Of a DNA stretch of 64,000 nt, positions 59,564 through 64,000 are shown in pieces. The notes under the pieces are model-generated. The model was not told the DNA's origin, did not search any database, and was given only the letters and a program-made list of their open reading frames with translations. This stretch comes from an uncultured Nitrososphaeraceae archaeon. Lineage in GTDB: Archaea; Thermoproteota; Nitrososphaeria; Nitrososphaerales; Nitrososphaeraceae. Position 1 is the first letter of the stretch; every line of letters begins with the position of its first letter. The stretch covers positions 320,001-384,000 of the forward strand of contig CAVZZA010000005.1 in NCBI GenBank assembly GCA_963779615.1, written 5' to 3'. The position numbers and the translations under genes are program-made.

Positions 59564-60589
59564 TCAGGATACAGCAATACTATGGGGGTCTAGAAATTGA
59601 TCGTTGGCACTCCCTTCAGAACCCCATTTCAAAATAAATTTGCCGTTGCTATCAAACTTTTGTACCCTGAAATTACCCTGTTCTGCTACATACACGTTGC
59701 CTGCTGAATCTATTGCTAGATCATGGGGACCATCTATTTGACCTTCTGCTGAGCCTTCAGAACCAAATGCTGAAATAAATTTGCCGTTGCTATCAAACTT
59801 TTGTATTTTGCCATTGCCATCATCAGTTACATACAAATTATTTGATGAGTCTACATCAATTCCTGCAGGTTGCTTCATCTGACCTTCTTCACCCCCTTCA
59901 GAACCCCATTTCAAAATAAATTTGCCGTTGCTATCAAACTTTTGAATATTTGCGTTATCTGTATCTGCTACATACACATTGCCTGCTGAATCTACGGCAA
60001 TTCCTTCTGGAGCCTCAAACTGTCCATTCTCTGTACCACCTGACCCCCACCTGAGCAGAAACTTGCCGTTGCTATCAAACTTTTGAACATTCAGGTTTGC
60101 CATGTCTGTCACATAGACGTTATCTTGTGAATCCAAAGCAATGCTGTGCGGATGAAAAAATTGTCCATTTTGTTGGCCTGCCGACCCCCACCTGAGCAGA
60201 AACTTGCCGTTGCTATCAAACTTTTGAACATTCAGGTTATTCATATCTACTACGTATACGTTGCCAGAAGAGTCCAGTCCAATTCCATGAGGAACTCCAA
60301 ACTGTCCAGTGTCTTTGCCTTCGAAACCCCACTTGAGCAGAAACTTGCCGTTGCTATCAAACTTTTGAACTCGAATGTTTTCGTAATCCACCACATATGC
60401 AGAAGGTGTTGAACCATTGTTTTTACTGGTTGCTTCTTTACCCGCGGCAGATCCATTTGTTCCTTGAAGGACAAAATTTCCTTGTGTCATGTTGATTGCA
60501 TATATAGGTACAAGGCATTGCAAAAGTAAGGTAAAAGATATTGAAAAAACCATTAAATAAACAATATTTGCAAGTTTTATTCTATTCAT
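59564..60589 (-). CDS. secreted NHL-repeat beta-propeller protein
   Basis: Signal peptide; six repeats of QKFDSNGKF...WGS.G...GQF..P.GIA.DS.GNVYV.D. Confidence 0.93.
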   Translation of the reverse strand: MNRIKLANIVYLMVFSISFTLLLQCLVPIYAINMTQGNFVLQGTNGSAAGKEATSKNNGSTPSAYVVDYENIRVQKFDSNGKFLLKWGFEGKDTGQFGVPHGIGLDSSGNVYVVDMNNLNVQKFDSNGKFLLRWGSAGQQNGQFFHPHSIALDSQDNVYVTDMANLNVQKFDSNGKFLLRWGSGGTENGQFEAPEGIAVDSAGNVYVADTDNANIQKFDSNGKFILKWGSEGGEEGQMKQPAGIDVDSSNNLYVTDDGNGKIQKFDSNGKFISAFGSEGSAEGQIDGPHDLAIDSAGNVYVAEQGNFRVQKFDSNGKFILKWGSEGSANDQFLDPHSIAVS

Positions 60590-60898
60590 AAATATATATA
60601 TATAGTATTACTGTTTCGGGTATATCTGCTTTTTAGCATAATCGTCTACTTTATCATTATAAATGAAAAAATTTATAGGAATTTACCGCATAATGATGCT
60701 GCTTCGCCGCCTAATTCAGCAGATGTGTTTGGGTTGGTGCTAATGAAAACATTATAAAATAATTGTCATCTGCTGCCTGTTGCATAACTAGTCATTCTTA
60801 AGATCATGCCCATCTTGCTCATGCCATTCTTTCCAAACATGTTGGCATTGGATAACCCGTTTTAGAATTATCATCATCTTGTGGACACGGGTTCGTCT

Positions 60899-61534
60899 TT
60901 ATTCTATCTTTACTTCTTTTCCTTTGGGCTTTGTTTCTTTCTTTTTGTTAAATGCTATTTCCAGTATTCCGTTATTGTATGTGGACTTTACAGTTTCGAT
61001 ATTTGCTTCTTGTGGTAAATCTATAGTTTTGTGGTATTTTCTTTTAGGATCATTGGACAGTATTTCTACCGAACCATCGTATACATTTACCTTTATGTCT
61101 TCTTTTTTCACACCAGGCATCTCTAGTATGACCTTTACTTCCGTATCAGTCACATTTACGTCCGCTAACGGTTCTCTTTCAGCAGTAATCTGCGGATGAG
61201 CACCCATTCCTCCAGTTCCCCCCATTCTACTGTCAAGTGATTTAACATTTCCAAATTCTCTTACATGGGGTTTGCCATCAGGCCCAATAGTCATTGAATA
61301 GCCATATACTATTGGTCCCACTTCTCGCACTTTACCCCCCTCTGGCGTTTGGTATTCCCTTACCAATTCTTTTGGAGCATTTGATTGAATATCACCAAAC
61401 TGGTTGAACATTCTTTGCATTTCCCTTTGCATGTCGTCTAATTCTCTGAATACATCTCTTTCGAAAAAATCTCTTCCAGATCCACCAAAGAATCGCTTAA
61501 ACCAATCATAAGGTTGAATATCTTTACTACTCAT
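60899..61534 (-). CDS. archaeal small heat shock protein Hsp20
   Basis: GPIVYGYSMTIGPDGKP..REFGN, EMPGVKKEDI, YNNGILEI; ORF track starts at 61573. Confidence 0.93.
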   Translation of the reverse strand: MSSKDIQPYDWFKRFFGGSGRDFFERDVFRELDDMQREMQRMFNQFGDIQSNAPKELVREYQTPEGGKVREVGPIVYGYSMTIGPDGKPHVREFGNVKSLDSRMGGTGGMGAHPQITAEREPLADVNVTDTEVKVILEMPGVKKEDIKVNVYDGSVEILSNDPKRKYHKTIDLPQEANIETVKSTYNNGILEIAFNKKKETKPKGKEVKIE

Positions 61535-62523
61535 ATCGAGTAATATTATATAACATATGTTAAATACCCACATATTTTAAAAAATAGACTAAATAATAAA
61601 TTTTATTACTTTTATATTCAAATAAATGAAATTTTCCTTTGAATGTTTTTAAAATGTTATAAAAATGAAATATAAAGCTAATAACAGCAACTGGACAAAC
61701 AAAATTGGCCATTATAAAATTCGGCAACTGACTATATACAAATCACAAAAAAAAGATTGCCGCTATACTGGATAATGTTGGATCAAAGGAATTTATGATC
61801 TCAATCACCACATTAAAAGAACGACGCGTTAAATTTATTTTAACTGAATAGTATTTTCAATTGGTTTGAATATAGACGAATATCCAAATGACTCAATTTT
61901 TACCTATCAAAAGTATGGCATTGTAAAAGCATACAATTTGGAAAAAGTTATTAGAACACAAAAAAAGGTCGATTTAGAGCGCATTATTAATTTAGTTTAC
62001 TTCTTGATATTTTTCTCTGGTTAAAGGGGGCCTTAACCCAAATAATTACAATATCTAGATAGCAAAATCCTCCTTCTTATAAGATCTATCAACCTATACG
62101 CCTTTTATTCGTAGAACCCTTTTAAAAGAACCGTTATGAGTATGAACCGGGTGGAATATATGCTGCAAGAATGACATGGAACTTTTTTCTAATATTTTTA
62201 GCACAAAATAGTTATCATTTGATTATGATTTACTTGAATGATACAAATTTATACATTTTACTTGGTTTATTGTAACAATCTCATTAAACGTTGTTAGATC
62301 TTATCAGCACAATAATATAGTGACATAAAAACCGGAAATTAGGAGTTTATCAAAAAAATTTTGGCTATACATGATTAAATAAAGTGATTTTAATCCTAAA
62401 CAAAAGAGGCTCAATACATAAAACTTCCCGGTAATGGAATTTATCGCCTATACTATGAAATTGCTAAAATAGAGAAAGAATGAAAGAAGGTACGCTAGGC
62501 GATGGACTTATCTATTCTTCCCC

Positions 62524-64000
62524 TCAGTCTGAGCCGCCACCGTCTGAGCCGCCACCGTCTGAGCCGCCACCGTCTGAGCCGCCACCGTCTGAGCCGCCAC
62601 CGTCTGAGCCGCCACCGTCTGAGCCGCCACCGTCTGAGCCGCCACCGTCTGAGCCGCCACCGTCTGAGCCGCCACCGTCTGAGCCGCCACCGTCTGAGCC
62701 GCCACCGTCTGAGCCGCCACCGTCTGAGCCGTCGCCATTATCTCCCTTTGAGCCGTCGCCATCGTCTGGGAAACCTATTCCATTGTTGTCACCGTCACTT
62801 TCTGAAGTGGGTTGAGCACTGTTGTCTTTTTCTGCAGTAGTAGGAGGCGCTGTCGTGTCTGCAGTAGTAGGAGGCGCTGTCGTGTCTGCAGTAGTAGGAG
62901 GCGCTGTCGTGTCTGCAGTAGTAGGAGGCGCTGTCGTGTCTGCAGTAGTAGGAGGCGCTGTCGTGTCTGCAGTAGTAGGAGGCGCTGTCGTGTCTGCAGT
63001 AGTAGGAGGCGCTGTCGTGTCTGTAGCACCCTCTGGAGGAGGCAATGTTACACCTGAAACCACGAGTGGTGTGGATGCTGTCGTGTCTGCAGTAGTAGGA
63101 GGCGCTGTCGTGTCTGTAGCACCCTCTGGAGGAGGCAATGTTACACCTGAAACCACGAGTGGTGTGGATGCTGTCGTGTCTGTAGCATCCTCTGAAGGAG
63201 GTGTTGTTGCACCTTTAACATCTGGTGAAGTAGGTAATATCGACGCAGCCGATTCTGTTGATGTAGGTCCACCGGGTGATATAGGTAGTACCGGTACAAG
63301 GTTTCCATTTGTATTCTTTACAAGATTAAGAGATTCACCTTTTTGTATGGTTACAGAAGCGAGATCTCCTGTTGGACTATTGGCTGCCTGCAGTGCTATT
63401 ACCCCTATAGATGCAAGTTGTAAAGTGTTTGGATCAATATTTCCACCACTTCCCGCAGCTAGTCGCCCGTTTACATTATTTATAACAGTATTACATTGGG
63501 CATTATTTTGACAATTGATAACCGTATCAGTGACTATAACTTGACAGATACCGATGCAATCGATGTTGTAGCTGCCACCGCCTTTCTTGCTGTTGCCGCT
63601 GCCACTGCTACTTTTATAAATTTTCTTTACAACTAAATCATAAGTACTCTTTTTAGATGTTATTTGTTTTACATATATCACAAGTGATGAACCTACAATT
63701 CCGTGCGGGTTGGACAAAATCTGATAAGCGATCTGCTGAAGTTCCTGACACGCTTTGGTCTGTCCAGAATTAGTGGTTGCTTCTTTAACCATCTGTTGAA
63801 GTAAAAGCGTGATACTAGACGTACTGACACCAGGATAGGATTTTGCAATAACTTGTGCTAGTGGATTAATCAGATTGGTACAACTAGTTTTCATAACCCA
63901 ATTCTTTATTTGGGCAAGATTCGCATTCTGTGCATTAACATTTACATTTAGTGCTGGGACAAATGCTAAACCAGTTATTAGTAAAACTGCTAATGTAACT
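62524..64000 (-). CDS. secreted low-complexity repeat protein (5' end runs off the window)
   Basis: Frame open beyond 63894 into a signal peptide (VTLAVLLITGLAFVPALNVNVNAQ); TADTTAPPT and GGGSD repeats. Confidence 0.85.
   Translation of the reverse strand, partial: VTLAVLLITGLAFVPALNVNVNAQNANLAQIKNWVMKTSCTNLINPLAQVIAKSYPGVSTSSITLLLQQMVKEATTNSGQTKACQELQQIAYQILSNPHGIVGSSLVIYVKQITSKKSTYDLVVKKIYKSSSGSGNSKKGGGSYNIDCIGICQVIVTDTVINCQNNAQCNTVINNVNGRLAAGSGGNIDPNTLQLASIGVIALQAANSPTGDLASVTIQKGESLNLVKNTNGNLVPVLPISPGGPTSTESAASILPTSPDVKGATTPPSEDATDTTASTPLVVSGVTLPPPEGATDTTAPPTTADTTASTPLVVSGVTLPPPEGATDTTAPPTTADTTAPPTTADTTAPPTTADTTAPPTTADTTAPPTTADTTAPPTTADTTAPPTTAEKDNSAQPTSESDGDNNGIGFPDDGDGSKGDNGDGSDGGGSDGGGSDGGGSDGGGSDGGGSDGGGSDGGGSDGGGSDGGGSDGGGSDGGGSDGGGSDGGGSD
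62527..62730 (-). repeat. 15-bp tandem repeat, ~13.6 copies, encoding (GGGSD)n at the C-terminus
   Basis: GTCTGAGCCGCCACC repeated on the + strand. Confidence 0.95.
62831..63185 (-). repeat. 27-bp tandem repeat (TADTTAPPT, ~7 copies) plus a duplicated ~90-bp block
   Basis: TGTCGTGTCTGCAGTAGTAGGAGGCGC units. Confidence 0.9.

Noticed and set aside
62480-63511. + strand (SEPPP)n, (SRHRL)n and Val/Ala-rich ORFs
   Set aside because: Antisense shadows of the repeat region of the minus-strand secreted protein

Overview
AT-rich archaeal chromosomal window. Gene content (archaeal-type GlyRS, PAC2 proteasome chaperone, archaeal Hsp20, FxLYD/NHL/NosD-type secreted proteins, PPOX-class F420 enzyme, short IS6 elements) suggests a soil ammonia-oxidising thaumarchaeote (Nitrososphaeraceae, Nitrosocosmicus-like); this is inferred, not searched. 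The first ~17 kb is mostly housekeeping (FNR, B12 radical SAM, glyS). It includes an IS630 nested inside a deleted IS5-family element and a ~4 kb run of frameshifted genes that looks like local sequence error. The rest is accessory, with many secreted, repeat-rich and duplicated genes and two intact IS6 copies. Most notable: (1) a tandem array of four small secreted paralogues with a shared promoter, signal peptide and constant segment but mosaic variable C-termini; (2) two near-identical HtrA genes whose protease domains differ only in the L2 specificity loop; (3) a perfect 157-bp inverted repeat enclosing a broken Cache-domain gene fragment; (4) a giant PT-repeat/polyQ/2xFxLYD surface protein; (5) an isolated tRNA 3'-end-like fragment that may be an att scar. 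No rRNA, complete tRNA or CRISPR array was seen.
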